DNA of 64,000 nucleotides from NCBI GenBank assembly GCA_028534125.1, contig CM052817.1, positions 32,986,001 through 33,050,000 of the forward strand, written 5' to 3'. This document shows positions 26,139-38,808 of this stretch, one piece after another. Origin of the DNA: Lama glama (Eukaryota). How positions within the stretch are numbered: position 1 is the stretch's first letter; every line of letters begins with the position of its first letter. The notes beneath the pieces are model-generated. The model was not told where the DNA came from. It saw only the letters and a list, made by a program, of their open reading frames with translations, and made no database searches. A program made the position numbers and the translations under genes.

Positions 26139-27975
26139 TTCAAGTCCTTGGTGTCCTAGAGGTTGATCAATGCAGGTGTGTTCCACTGGCAAGTTCACCT
26201 GTGTCAGGCTTAAGTAGCACATCTTATCCACCCTGTTTAAACTGTACGTCCAGAGTTAATCTAGGTAGGAATGTATACATAGTATTATAAAGTAAGATGT
26301 CTCCTAATTTTAAGAATATATTAAACTTTCCACAAAGTCTTATTGTTTTCACCTTCAGCTGCTAACCTTACAAACTTTCCTAATATAAACACAAATATAC
26401 AGAAGTGCTTAAAAATGTGAAATCACATTTAAAAGCAAGAAAATGCAATATCCTGAGCCATCATAAATAGAGAAACTAATAAGGAATGAAATGCTGGGTC
26501 AATAAACACGCTGAGCAAATATCGAATGAACACTGACTGCATGGCTTCAATTCCCAAAATAATACAGTCAGACACTAACGCTGCAGAGCAGCTAGCCAAA
26601 CAACGCCTGCTAAAACACACCGTCTTTGTTGTCTGCCTCTGGAATCATGCATGCTGAGAATAACTTCCAGTTACGTCCTCCTAGCGTTCAAATTGACTTT
26701 GAGTCAAATCACTGTTCGAAGCACTGCAGAAACCGTATGAAGCCTTTCTAAGTCAATACTCATTTATAGTCAAACACACACATGTGATCACATACGGTGC
26801 TGTACCTTAATGAACTCGGAACAACTCCCACAAGTCTTCTTGAGTAGATTTTAAGCTGGCAAATAGGTTCTATGCTGAGCAAGGAAATGTTTCATTTCTC
26901 TGAAAACTTCACTCAGTTTCCATCTTGTCAGGGTTTCATTTTCCATAACCAGACGCAGGAAAGGGCAGCAGTGGGCACAAAGGAAAATGTGCACACACAG
27001 GATGCTTGGGTTGACGGCGACACAGCCTGCTTCTGAGCAAGCTGGACATCCCCCCCCTCAACCTCCCAGCGAGGCATGACAGGGGACAAGAAGATGCATC
27101 AGAAGACATATAATCGGCCTGAGTTGAGCCTTCCCCAATGGAGAGGTCTACACACACCTACACCCACACATCCATGAATGCATGGAAACTTGGTATGTTT
27201 TGAAAGTATTTAAGTTTTACATGTAAGTTTTAATGACTTCTCACTCTCCAACAGACCCAGGTTCAATCCATACTATGGGAAATAAGCTTGACACAAAATA
27301 TAAATACTACTGAATTTGATACGGAATAACACAAATGGATATCTCCGTAAGTTATATCACAGTTCTCATTAGAGGTGAAAATGGTTAGGTTCTATGATAT
27401 TTAATGGTATATTTCCCCCAAATCAGCACAGCCTACTTTACTGGGATGTTTAGGTATTGTTTTGGATACTACCAATTAATTCAGATTCAAAATGAAATAT
27501 GAGAAGTCAAAATATGAAACTATTCTTGAAAATGGCAATTTTCAGTTCCACAACATTGTAACATCTTAGGGAAAGAGGTTGTTTTTTTTTTTAATTTAAG
27601 TTTGAAATGACAATTTCAAGGAGAATGTGTCAACGGAAATCTTTTGAATAAGATGCATTACATTTTACTTTTCCTTAAGATATTACACCCTGTGAGTATT
27701 GTGCTATTTTTTAACAAGGCCTTGGCTCTAAGAACATGAATTCTGACAAACAACTAGAGAGAAGTGGCAAGGTCTTTCAACTACCACAACTGGAAAAAAA
27801 AAAAACTGCAATAAAAACCTCTAATCCTAAAGGCTGGCTAGCATTCATCAGGCCTCATGAAATTCTAAACAACTCCAAATAAGATGGTTACATCCTCTTC
27901 CCAAAGTGCCTTCATTGTTAAGCATGTTTTCTATATCAGTGATGTTTGCATTCTCCATTTTTGTTAAACACTCAC

Positions 27976-28225
27976 CTGCGATCTTTTGCAGCAAAGGTGA
28001 CAATTCAGACTCTTCACAAAAGACCTGAGCCAATGCTTTCTTCACTTTTTCTTCTGCTTCACTCAGGTCTTTGTCCACTGAGAGCTCTCCACTGACAGAA
28101 TAAATATATATCAGGAGGACCAGTAGCTCTTCAGGGCTGTAGTCATCATTGGTTCTCTGGTTTGAAGGCTTAATCATGGGCAGCAGCTGATTTAACACAA
28201 CAGACATCGTTGACTCCCCAATGCT
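27976..28225 (-). CDS. SCFD2: Internal coding exon of Sec1 family domain-containing protein 2 (250 nt, phase 0 to phase 1; probably the orthologue of human exon 5)
   Basis: Translates as SIGESTMSVVLNQLLPMIKPSNQRTNDDYSPEELLVLLIYIYSVSGELSVDKDLSEAEEKVKKALAQVFCEESELSPLLQKIA, which I recognise as mammalian SCFD2. Minus-strand acceptor is ...CTTCTGTTTCAG|AGC (AG at 28227-28226). Donor is GCAG|GTGAGT (GT at 27975-27974). The exon number is from memory. Confidence 0.93.
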
Positions 28226-29119
28226 CTGAAACAGAAGCGGGGAATAAGATATATGTCAATCTTGCACCAAGACGTAATTTATGCACTACATCAACCCAGA
28301 GAGATTAGCTTGCAAACAAGTCTGTAATGTTGACTGCTTTTTATTTGTTTGTTTCTTGTCCTGGAGAGAATGCTGTAGAAATTTTGGCATGAGAGTTGTT
28401 ATTTTGAAAGATCCAGTTCATAAAACAAATGGTCATACTGCATAACCTTTTCTATTATCTTACATATTGCTTAAAGAAAGAAGAGCCCCTGCATTTTAAG
28501 AATGAAAGTGTAAGCACTTCAGACACTAGAAAGTTTAAATAAAAATAATATATTTGTAAAGGAATATGATTAAAAATAAAATATGCCAGCATCTATATAT
28601 ACAAATGAATGCTGACACTCTTTCAGAGGAGTTATCTTGGATCTTTCAGCATGTTTTTCTAGTAACTTTAAGCTGACAAATATTAGTCAGAATAGATTTT
28701 TTTATAGCAATGAAAAGTCATTTTCTGCTAAATCTGGTAACTAGAGTAAGTAATCAAACTGGGTAATGTCATTTAGGGTTCAAGATATCTTTGGGTAAGT
28801 CTGAGGGTAATTCACCTTACAACTTAAAAATAAAGTTGCTTTTAGACATTCCACCAATTTCTTGAGTAACATTTAGCAGAGAATTTAAAAATTCCTCTCA
28901 TGTGATAATAGTACTGAATTACTAAGTTAGCTGCATAACTTCCAAGGTACTATGTGCATTTCTGGTATAAATTCTGAGGTTTTTGGTGAATAGATATATC
29001 CTCTGTTTAAATAGTGTGATTCAATTTCACCTATAATATAAAATAACCCTGTAAAATAAACTTGACTATTCATATTTATATTAAAATCAGGGCCGAATAA
29101 TCACAACTTCCAACTTTCA

Positions 29120-29345
29120 CATTAGTCATTCAGAAGTGTTCGTTGAGCATCCACCATGCTCCAGGTGCTACTCTGGGTTTGGGGAAAACAGCAGTGAACA
29201 GAGCAAACACCCTGCTCTCATACAGCTTACATCCTACTTAGGGGAAAATGGACAATTAAAACATTAAGGAAGTAAAATATACAGTATATTAAATGATGGT
29301 AAGAGCTATGGAGAAAAATAAAGCAGGAAAGGAAGATGGGATTTT
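29120..29345 (-). mobile_element. L2 fragment
   Basis: 'ttgagcatccaccatgctccaggtgcta...cagcagtgaaca...ccctgctctcatacagcttacatcta'. Confidence 0.7.
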
Positions 29346-30689
29346 AGGGTGTCTACATGTTTATGCAGGTAAATATGCACTAATTCAAAGAAAAAGCCAT
29401 GTTAAGAAGGGAGTGTTGGAATAAAGAAAGAAATAGAGAAACCTCTCTCTCTTTCTGAATGAAGCGGACAGGCAGGCAGCTGAATGTGGTTCTGTAGTGG
29501 GATGACTACCCCAAATGAGCCTTTCTAGTCATTTCCACACCTGGAAAAATCTGGACATATCATCTCAAGGTTAAGGTTCACAATTATATTATTTGGTACA
29601 TGAGAAACAGCTGTTACCATTTATTTCCACTAAAATCTTGGATGCTCACAATGTACCGAACAAAAATAAAATGGTAAGTCTTTGGAATGTATAAAGTACA
29701 AACAAAAAGGAACAGAAAGGAGATTTTACTGTTACATGGTGACAAGACATGATATACCAAGCATAAACGTACCCATTTCTAAAAGGAAATGGGTGGGAGG
29801 TTTGAAGACATCCTAGGACTGTCCTACAGCCTCAGGAATCTTTTAAGAGAAACTTCCAAGTGTTTATTCTTTGCTTTACAAGCTGCCAAAAGCAACGTAA
29901 AAGAGAGGAGCTGTGTGGTTTGCATGTTTAAAGAGGGGCCATGGGGGGCTGCAGCTTTCGTTTTCCATTTTTTCCCCCTATCAACGACTTCTTGGATGAC
30001 ATTAAGCAGATTCCGTCATTGTTTTATATCCCATTTCTAAAAAAGCAGGTGTATACATCAAGAATCTGTCCTATAGGAGCCCTCTGATTCCCCAGAGCAA
30101 AAAGTTTTTTTAAAGATAGTTATAAAAAGTAGCAAAGGGCAGGGTAATCATCATAATCATTTGCAAAGATTCACTCACTAACATCTGGCCATCAGAGCAT
30201 CAATTTCAAGTTATTGATCTAAGATATGTCACTGGAGAGCAAAATCCCTCCTTACTGACACTGTAGCTGACTTCTGTTGGCTAGGTCATACTCGTGCATA
30301 CCAGTTCCTGAAATTACATTTTAACCTGCTTAATGCATCCCAAGAAGTTAATAACTGAATTGAATACAAAGCCAAGAATACTGATCAGTCTTAAAGAGGC
30401 ATGAGATATGGAGAAATAGAGATTCCACTGAATAGCCAGATTCCAATCCTGACTATTCCACTAACTAGTTTCTTTAACCTCTTTGGATCTCAGTGAACTT
30501 CTTAGAATGTCTTCATCTCTAAAATGACATGATCTGACTAGAGAATGACTGAGTTCTTAAGTCATAATTATGCTAAGATCTCCACTTTCACTTCCTTCTC
30601 CCTTCTTTCCCCTGCCCTTTAAAAAATATCACCATTGGTGGTAGAAGGTAGTGAATCATATTCTCACTGTTGGCTAAACAGCAAAATAT

Positions 30690-31858
30690 AAATACTCAAA
30701 AAAAAAGCTTTACTATAGAAACAAATGTAGATGCAGAAATATTGTAGATACATGTGCAACAGGGGCTGATATATGTCCATGTATTTCCTCTGTCCACTGA
30801 GAGGTTCTAGGAGTAGTGATACCCCAGTAGCAGTGAGCACACTCAGTGGTCACATCTTAGTTTCCGGTATCATTCTCCAATAATAGAAACCAGAGATCCT
30901 TGGAGAGATGGTCAATTCCAGGGATAGGGCAGGGAAAATACATGAGGAATCTGGAATACCCTGTAGTGCCGGAAAGTAAGGAAGTCCTTTAAAAAATAAA
31001 CAAACAAATGGGGGTGTGTCAAAAGGACACAAGAGACAACTAGAAGACCTTCAGTGGCCAAAGCTGGAACAATCTGAGCAAAAGAATAATTAAAGTAGTA
31101 ATGGATTACAACTCAAAGTATAAAATAAATATGCATCATTCCATGCTGATATGAGTAAGTGACTGCATTAATAAAGTCTCCTTAACAGAAGAATTCCAAT
31201 AACTTACGTAGATACTTTCCCTCCAGGAGGCAGAACTTAATTGCCTCATCTCTTAAGTGTGGGGCTGCATATAGTGACTTGCTTCTAAAAAGCTGTGTAT
31301 GGAAAGGGGAGGGAGGAATAACTTTACCTTAGTCAGAAGATCAAGGTTTCCATCACCAGTGACAAGCCATATTGATATCAAGTGCCCCTAAGATGATGTG
31401 ATGAGAATTGCTCCTCCTTTTGTGGTATTTTTCTCCCAAACCCATAACCCCAAAACAAAAACATCAGATAAATCCCAACTGAGGGATGGTCTACAGAATG
31501 CCTGATCAGCACTCCCTTAAAACTGTCAAGGTCATGAAAAATAAGGAGAGAATGAAAAACTATCACACACCAGATGAGACTAAGGAAACATAATGACCAA
31601 ATGTAATGTGATGTCCTGGATGGGATCCTGGAACAGACAAAGGATGTTAGAGAAAAATTAATGAAATCAGACTAAAGTCTACATTTATAATTAATAGTAA
31701 TATACCAATGTCAGTTTCTTAGTTTTGACAAAATGTTTGAGGATACACAAGAGAGTATGATTTTAACAATAAGGTGAGGGTTTACAGAAATTCTGTATAT
31801 TATCTTGGCAATTTTTCTATAAATCTAAAATTATTCTAAAATAAAACATTTATTGCAA
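30690..31858 (+). mobile_element. L1MC/L1MD-type 3' UTR
   Basis: 'gtggccaaagctggaacaat...gatgtgatgagaat...aaaactgtcaaggtcatgaaaaataagg...atgggatcctggaacag...taaatctaaaattattctaaaataaaa'. Confidence 0.8.
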
Positions 31859-32317
31859 AGGGAAGAAGGAGAGGGGGAGGGAGAGGAGGAGGGAAGACAG
31901 TAAGAGACAAAGCCAGGTACATTTTGATGTCCTTTCTGTGAGACAAAATTCCAAGAAAAATGATTTCAGCTCAGTATGAGGAAGAACTCCTACAACCAGA
32001 GCCAAGGTAAGAGACTGACTCAGGAAGAAAGGAATTTCCCGTCAAAGCAAAGGGAGGCAAGGTGATCTGGCAAGGACGAAGCAGAGGGAATCCCACACCA
32101 CTTTGGCTCAGAAGGTGAACTAGACCTTCCTAGTGCCGTCCATAAAAGCACGGCTCCAGACTAGACACATATCCATTTTCTGATCTTCTCTGCTCTTAAT
32201 GAAACCTTAACAAGAAGGAAGGAAAACATCAGCGATTCCCTAACACTGAAACCTTCTTAAAGGTAAAAGAAAAAATCTGAGCAGGATGAATACTGAGGAG
32301 ATGGGAGTAATATTATA

Positions 32318-32425
32318 TGCCTGGGTTTGAATTCTGGCTGTACCACTTATGAGCTGTGTGACCTTGGGTAAGTTATGTAACTTCTGAAAGTCTCAGTTTT
32401 CTCATCTATAAAATGGAAATACCAC
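32318..32425 (+). mobile_element. MIR core
   Basis: 'cctgggtttgaattctggctgtaccacttatgagctgtgtgaccttgggtaagtta...ctcagttttctcatctataaaatgg'. Confidence 0.85.
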
Positions 32426-33644
32426 AAATGCCTCCCAAGCCACAGGCATTTTCATAATATTGGGATATTTGCTTTAACTACTTTGTGGTTTAAAATAGAG
32501 CAACCCCCACAATGGGACAGTCTTTGTAAGACTCTAACATAAGGGGAGGCCCCCTTTTCTGAGGGCTAATTTTGGGGAAAGCTTTTTCTCTTAATTCTGA
32601 GGATAGACAGTAATAGCTTTTGCTTCATAAAGTTATTCTGAAGATGTAATAATAGAAGTAAGTCACACAGCACAGTGCCAGGCACAAGCCCCTGATCACT
32701 ATTAACTGTCAGTGCTAGTACTACTTTTGCCTCCTACCCAACGGACTCCTTACCCAGAAGTGATTGAAATGCTTGGTATGGGAATGAAATCCCTTCTAGG
32801 CATAAGAAGTTAATAGTCTCAGAGGAGGGAGGAGCAGCCTCCAAATACTGAATGTGAAACCACATCTTGGAACTTAACTGCGAAGTTAGTCAAAGGTTAG
32901 AGGCAATATAAACATTATTAAATACTGCCATTAAAAAAAGCACACACAGAGTAAACCACAACCAACGGGGGAAAAAAATGGCTTCTTTATAAAGTACCAG
33001 CGATTAAATTTCTCATTCATTTCGATACAAACAGGCCTACTAGTAGGAAGGGGAAGACTGGAGCTGTGTCTGGAGAGACAAAACCTTTTTTTAAAATTCT
33101 GCAGACTGCAGCTTCTGTTATTTTTGAATGAGTCTCCAGTCATTCCATACAAAAGGCCCTCTGTAAAATGCATGTTGTCTTTTGAAAAGCCAACTTTGGG
33201 GCTGAATTAAAACACTTCTGCAAAGTCAGTCAGTCTCCGTGCTGGCTACCTCTGCAGGCATGAGGTGCAAACGGGCCATACGCCGGGTGGCTGCAGAGAG
33301 CAGCTGCTCTCCAGGGTGCAGAGCCTGCGGACGCTCAGGGAAACTAAGTCAGTCTAAGGTGCTGCAGGAGAACCAATCTCTGCTGCAATTCCTCCAAGCT
33401 TCTGCTCAGGCAGGTGCAGGGGATGCTGCCAGTGGGCGACCTGGCGGAGTGCCTAAGGCCCTTCTGTCTCCAATTTCACTTGTATTAATGGCCTTTGCCA
33501 TTCTTGCATTAATACTTGCCACAAGGCTTTAAATTCCCATAATTAAAGTCACTCTGCTTCTTTGGGGAATGGGCTATTCTTTATATGCTCCAGGCAAAGT
33601 GCAAAAATGTGAGTTGGTAGGTATAAGGATAATTATTTGCTGCA

Positions 33645-33900
33645 GTCATGCATTCATCAGCAAACATTTACTGTGTACATACCATGTGCCAGGCACTGTG
33701 CTATATTCTGGTCATACAAAGAACAAAGCAACACACAAGATTCAAAGAGTTTACAGGAGACTGGGGATAATTGTAAACAGCCAGGATGATGCAGTGAATA
33801 AGTGCTTTAGTGGAGGTATTCATTCACTTTGAAAACACAGCAGAGGAACACCTAAATTCTGGAAGAGGTGGTACCTCAACTGAGTCTTTAACAATCAACA
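33645..33900 (-). mobile_element. L2 fragment
   Basis: 'cattcatcagcaaacatttactgtgtacataccatgtgccaggcactgtgcta'. Confidence 0.7.
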
Positions 33901-33998
33901 TCTAATATCAGGGGAGAGTAAAACTCTGAGAAATGAGCGATGGGATAGGATCCTTCATTCATTCCTTCAGCAAATATTTAATGCACACTGACTAAGTG

Positions 33999-34502
33999 TG
34001 TGGTAGGCAGAATAATGTTCCCTCCCCCAAAGAGGCCCATGCTCTTGTCCCCAGAACCATAAATGTGTTACATTATATGACCAAAGGGACTTTGCAGGTG
34101 TGATTAAGGTTACAGAACTCAAAATGGGGAGATTATCCTGCACTATCTGGGTGGGCCCAATCTCATCATGTGAGTCCTGAAAGCAGAGGACTTTTCCTGG
34201 CTGGGATCAGAGAGGAGTGCAATGATGAAGGGTCAGAGAGAAGCTAAGTTGCTGGCTTTGAAGATGGAGGAAGGGGCCACGAGCCAAGGAATAAAGTGGC
34301 CTCTAGAAGCTGGAAAAGGCAAGGAAGCAGATACTCCCTTAGAGCCTCCAGGAAGGAATGCAGTGCTGCCATCGCCCTGATTTTAGCCCAGTGAGGCCAG
34401 TGATGGGCTTCTGACCTGACAATGATAACTCAGTAAATTTCTGTTGTTTTAAGCCATTAAGTTTGTAGTGATTTACTACAGCAGCAATAGGAAATTAATA
34501 CA
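33999..34502 (+). mobile_element. MLT1D-like MaLR solo LTR, full length
   Basis: TG...CA termini ('tgtggtaggcagaataatg'...'cagcaataggaaattaataca'). AAGTG occurs at both ends (33994-33998 and 34502-34506, the second overlapping the terminal base). Confidence 0.85.
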
Positions 34503-34824
34503 AGTGGTTTATGTGAGATGGGGCGAGAGAAACTCTGCTTCAGGCCCAGAGTCCAGTCAGAGAACCTCGTAAAAAAGTAGGGCTCCACAAATCCTTGCCC
34601 AATGACTAAACAAATGAGTATGAATAGGCTCCTAGGGTACCTGTTCCATCCGCGTCACTAGGGATCCAGTGAGTACCTTCGGGGATGTCAGAGAAAGGGA
34701 AGGCAGAGAGACACACCAAATTTAAAATTTGCTCCCTAATCTGCTACTTAAATTTGCCTAGAATTAGTCGAAAGCATGCAAGTGCAAAAGCCAATATTTA
34801 TCAGGCCAAGATAATCATATAGGA

Positions 34825-37210
34825 CAGTGGTTTTCAAAGTGTGATCCATAGACCCGAGATCCCAGAGACCCTTTCAAGAGGGCTACAAGGTTAAAAGTAT
34901 TTTTATAAAAATACTAAGGCATTCTTTGCCTTGTTGACATTTGCACTAATCATGCAAAAAGGATAGTGGGTAAAATTGCTGGTACCTGAACACAGATCAA
35001 GGAAAGAGTCTCCAACCTCTGCTAACAGTCACAGCATTCTTGAGGGCTATGCTATGTACTCACAGCTGGAATTTTTAAAAAAGGCAGTTTCAGTTAAGCA
35101 GGCTCTTGATGAAGCAGTAAAAATTATTAATCTTACAAAATCTCAGCCCTTAAAAAAATGTCTCTTCAATACTCTGTATAACAAAACAGGAACTATGAAT
35201 AAAACACTTCCGCTATATACTAGAGGACAATGGTTGTCTTGAGGAAAAGCACTTGGGAAAGAATTTGAGTCATAAACTGAATGAATTGTTTCTCTCATGC
35301 AATACCATTGTTACTTGAAAAAATTTCAGATAGAGAAATTATAATTAAGACTTGGGTATTTGGTATTTGCAAATGATGCAACTGACAAAGGCTTTATTTC
35401 CAGAATATATAAATAGCTCATACAGCTTAATAATGAAAAAACCAAACCACCCAATCCAAAAATCGGCAGACCTAAACAAGCAATTCTCCAAAGAAGAAAT
35501 ACAAATGGCCAATAGGTTCATGAAAAAATGCTCAATATCGCTAATGATCAGAGAAATGCAAATCAAAACTACAATGAGTTATCACCTCACATTAGTCAGA
35601 ATAGCCATCATTCAAAAGTCCACAAATGATAAATGTTGGAGAGGGTGAGGAATGTAGTTTGGTGCAGCCATTATGGAAAACAGTATGGAGATTCCTCAAA
35701 AAACTAAAAATAGACTTACCATATGACCCAGCAACCCCACTCCTGGGCATATATCCCAAGGGAACTCTAATTTAAAAAGATTCATGCACTCCAATGTTCA
35801 TAGAAGCACTATATACAATAGCCAAGACATGGAAGTAACCTAAATGTCCACTGACAGATGACTGGCAAAAGAAGCTGAGGTATAGTTATATAATAGAATA
35901 CTACTCAGCGATTAAAAAGAATAAAATAAAGCCATTTGCAGCAACATGTATCATCATCATTCTAAGTGAAGTAAGCCAGAAAGAGAAAGAAAAATATCAT
36001 ATGATATCACTCATATGTGGAATCTAAAAAAGAAGAAGAAGAAGAAGAAGAGGACATTAATGAAGTCGTCTACAAAACAGAAACAGATTTGCAGACATAG
36101 TAAACAATTTTATGGTTACTGGGGAAAGGGGGTGGGAAGAGATAAATTTGCGAGTTTAGGATTTGCAAACATTAACTACTATATATAAAATAGATAAAAA
36201 ACAAATTTTCTTCTGTATGGCACAGGGAACTATATTTAATATACTGTAATAACCTTTAGCAAAAAATATGAAAATGAATATATGTATATGTATGCATGAC
36301 TGAGACATGCTGTACACCAGAAACTGACATAGTGTAACTGACTATACTGCAATTAAAAATATATATATATTAAAGACATGGGTATTTGGCAAATATTTTC
36401 TCAAAAATAAGAAACAAAAAAGTCAGCCTGTTCCTTCAGGGAAAACAACTGGCATATTTATTGCTAATGATAAAATTCTGGCTTTGAAGTAAAAATTCAT
36501 TTTGGAATACTTGTTTGTATCTGCCACTGCCAGATTCTCTATATTTAAAGACGTTTCTGATGAGATCTATGGTAACATGAAGAATGGGATTTTTTTTGGA
36601 ATTGCACAATGAAATGTGTCAACATTTGGAAGATCTGCATAACTCAATAAGCCAGTATTTTCCAAATGACCAACGTATGATGTAAGAAAATCAGGCATAG
36701 GCAAACGATCCACCCGAAATACAGGAAAAATGAGTGGATTTTAAAGGAAAAGAATATAGAGAGCTCAATGACATGGTTTCCAATTCCACATTACAAATTA
36801 CTTCTAAGAAATTACTACTTGCAGAGTGAAGATATGGTATCAAAAAAACACTACCTGCAAACATCTAAAAAGGCTATCAAAATATTCCTTCCTTTTCCAA
36901 CTATGTATCTGCATGAGGCTGGATTTTCTTCAAATACTTCAACCAAAACAACACATGGCAACATACTGAATGAGGAGGCAAATACAAGAATCCAGCTGTT
37001 TTCTATTCAGTAAGACATAAGAGATTTGCAAAAAATATCAACCAATGCCATTCTCACTTATTTTTTTGCTTTGGAAACATAATTATTCTTCATAAAATAC
37101 ATAATTTATGCTATCTTGTAATGGGTTTGTTGTTATTTTTAAAGGAATTGGTAAATACATACTTGAAGCTTTTCTCAGCTCTAATTTCTACTATAGTAAA
37201 TACTAATATT
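34825..37210 (+). mobile_element. Charlie1a-like hAT DNA transposon fossil with transposase remnants, split by an L1
   Basis: 5' terminus 'cagtggttttcaaagtgtg'. ORF 34976-35242 gives ALDEAVKIINLTKSQPL...LPLYTRGQWLS*GK (hAT 'VKIVNFIKSRPL...LLLHTEVRWLSRGK' motif). ORF 36768-37013 gives SKKAIKIFLPFPTMYLHEAGFS (hAT C-terminal dimerisation motif). Confidence 0.85.
35364..36372 (+). mobile_element. 5'-truncated young L1 (ORF2 C-terminus and 3' UTR) inserted in Charlie1
   Basis: ORF 35352-35648 contains [60 protein letters not shown] (L1 ORF2p C-terminus). 17-bp TSD AAGAC(T/A)TGGGTATTTGG at 35347-35363 and 36373-36389. Confidence 0.93.
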
Positions 37211-37357
37211 TACCAGTTTAAGGATGTCACATCCTAAAGAGAAAGCTCATTATTTTCTACTTTCTCTTCCCCTTGGCATGGTTAAAATAAAGTGCTGGTA
37301 AGATAACTTTCACTACATTCCTTGAGAGGAAGGCAAAGCAGCATGGGCTCCTTAAAT

Positions 37358-37520
37358 CAGAGTTTCTCAAAATTTAATGTGCATGTGGATTACCTGGGGC
37401 TCTTGTTAAGTGCAGATGCTAATTCACCAGGTTTGGAGTAGGGAGTGAAGATTCTGCATTTCTAATAAGTTGTCAGGTGATACCGGTGCTGCTGGCCAGT
37501 GGCCCACGTTTTGAGTGGCA
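37358..37520. mobile_element. MER5A-like hAT-Charlie element
   Basis: 'cagagtttctcaaaatttaatgtgcat...acctggggctcttgttaa.tgcagat...tctgcatttctaataagtt.tcaggtgat..cggtgctgctgg'. Confidence 0.8.
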
Positions 37521-37639
37521 TCTGGACTGGATCACTCAACAATTTCTAGACTGCTGTGTGTATGGGAAATAAACTATCCAGTATGAATCACTGTATTGTG
37601 GATTGGTATCTCATCTTAATGTAAATACTAACATAACTC

Positions 37640-38375
37640 ACAAATCTATATCTCCAGCCAAATTTCTCTCCTTTGCTCCCTACCCATACAGTCAATTGCC
37701 TGTCGGACTCCTCCACTTGTACATTTCATCTGCAAATTTAATTCAACTTATCTAAACTTCCAGCTGAACAAGACAGATAACTTGGACTCTGCTGCAGCTT
37801 ATCCCTGTCCCTGTCGCATTAGATCAGCCACCAAGTCCTGTTATATATCCATCTCCTCTTCTCTTTTCCTTCCTCTACTGCCTAAGTTGCAATTACTATT
37901 ATCTCTAGTCACAATTTATCTCATTCTAAACCAAAAATCTGATCTCCTTAAAGTTATTTCATGGTTTCCACTGTCTTCAAGATAAAGCTTTTACATGACA
38001 CATGCCTATCTTTTACCTTCAGGTCTTAATTATCCATTTATCCTCATCCACCACAAGCCCTTTTTTTACCGGCTACATTTCAGCTTTGCTGAACTATTTG
38101 CGTTTGCCTCTGTGCTTTTGTACACGTTTACATCCCTGTCTAGAATGGATTTTCCCTCTTTTCCACCTGGTTTCATGAGTCAGCTAAAGCATTATGTCCC
38201 TCGATTTTCCCTGTGTGTTAAGCGTGCCTACTTTGTGATACCTGAGAAGCCTCTATTTCCTTATAACCCTGAATTTAAGTGTTTACTCATGTGGAGCTCC
38301 CTTCTAAGACAGAAACATCCATGATGGTGAGAACTACATCTGTGTCTGTGGAGCAAACAATTCCCTGGCACTGGG
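37640..38375 (+). mobile_element. L2 fragments
   Basis: 'actcacaaatctatatctccagcc...ccaccaagtcctgt...' with pyrimidine-rich L2-like sequence. Confidence 0.55.
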
Positions 38376-38429
38376 AAATGGTGAAGTCCTCAGTGGAAGT
38401 GAAAACAAACTTTCTCTCCCACTGAAAAT

Positions 38430-38808
38430 GCCCATTAGAGAAAAACTATGGTAGAATCACACGATGGAATAGTACACAGCAATGAGAATGACCTATAATT
38501 TCATACAACAACATATAGATGAATCTCACAAATACAGTGTTGAATGAAAGAATCCATATAAAAGAATGTATTTTATAATTCCATTTATGTAAAATACAAA
38601 ACCCAGGGAAAACTATCTTTATTTTTCAAGTTCCTACCCCTTGAAAGGAGGGAGTGACAGGGAGGCAGAAAAAGCAGGGCTTTCAGGGTTGCTTGTAATA
38701 CTCTGTTTCTTGATCTGGGTGCTGATTACACAGATGTCTTCTGTTAGTAATTCATTGAGCTGTACTTTTCTAGAGTATTATATTTTACTTCAATAAAAAC
38801 TTTTTAAA
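38430..38808 (+). mobile_element. Old L1M 3' fragment
   Basis: 'atggaatagtacacagcaatgagaatga...gatgaatctcacaaatacagtgttgaatgaaagaa...ttcttgatctgggtgctgattacacag'. Confidence 0.7.

Larger units (their letters stand above)
1..27975 (-). other. SCFD2: SCFD2 intron downstream of the exon (continues beyond the window)
   Basis: Starts with a GTGAGT donor. I recognised no further SCFD2 coding sequence in 1-27975. SCFD2 is known for very long introns. Confidence 0.8.

Noticed and set aside
27848..28207. 119-aa ORF as a stand-alone gene or extended terminal exon
   Set aside because: SCFD2 similarity ends at the GTGAGT donor (27975) and begins upstream of the ATG at the acceptor. The tail (GECLTKMENANI...) is intron read-through, and I saw no convincing nearby poly(A) signal.
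35352..35648. Protein-coding ORF (also 44932-45183, 45896-46108, 63154-63414)
   Set aside because: These are fragments of L1 ORF2 in truncated elements.
34976..37013. Domesticated or active transposase gene
   Set aside because: An in-frame stop, frameshifts and an L1 insertion in the middle show a decayed Charlie element.
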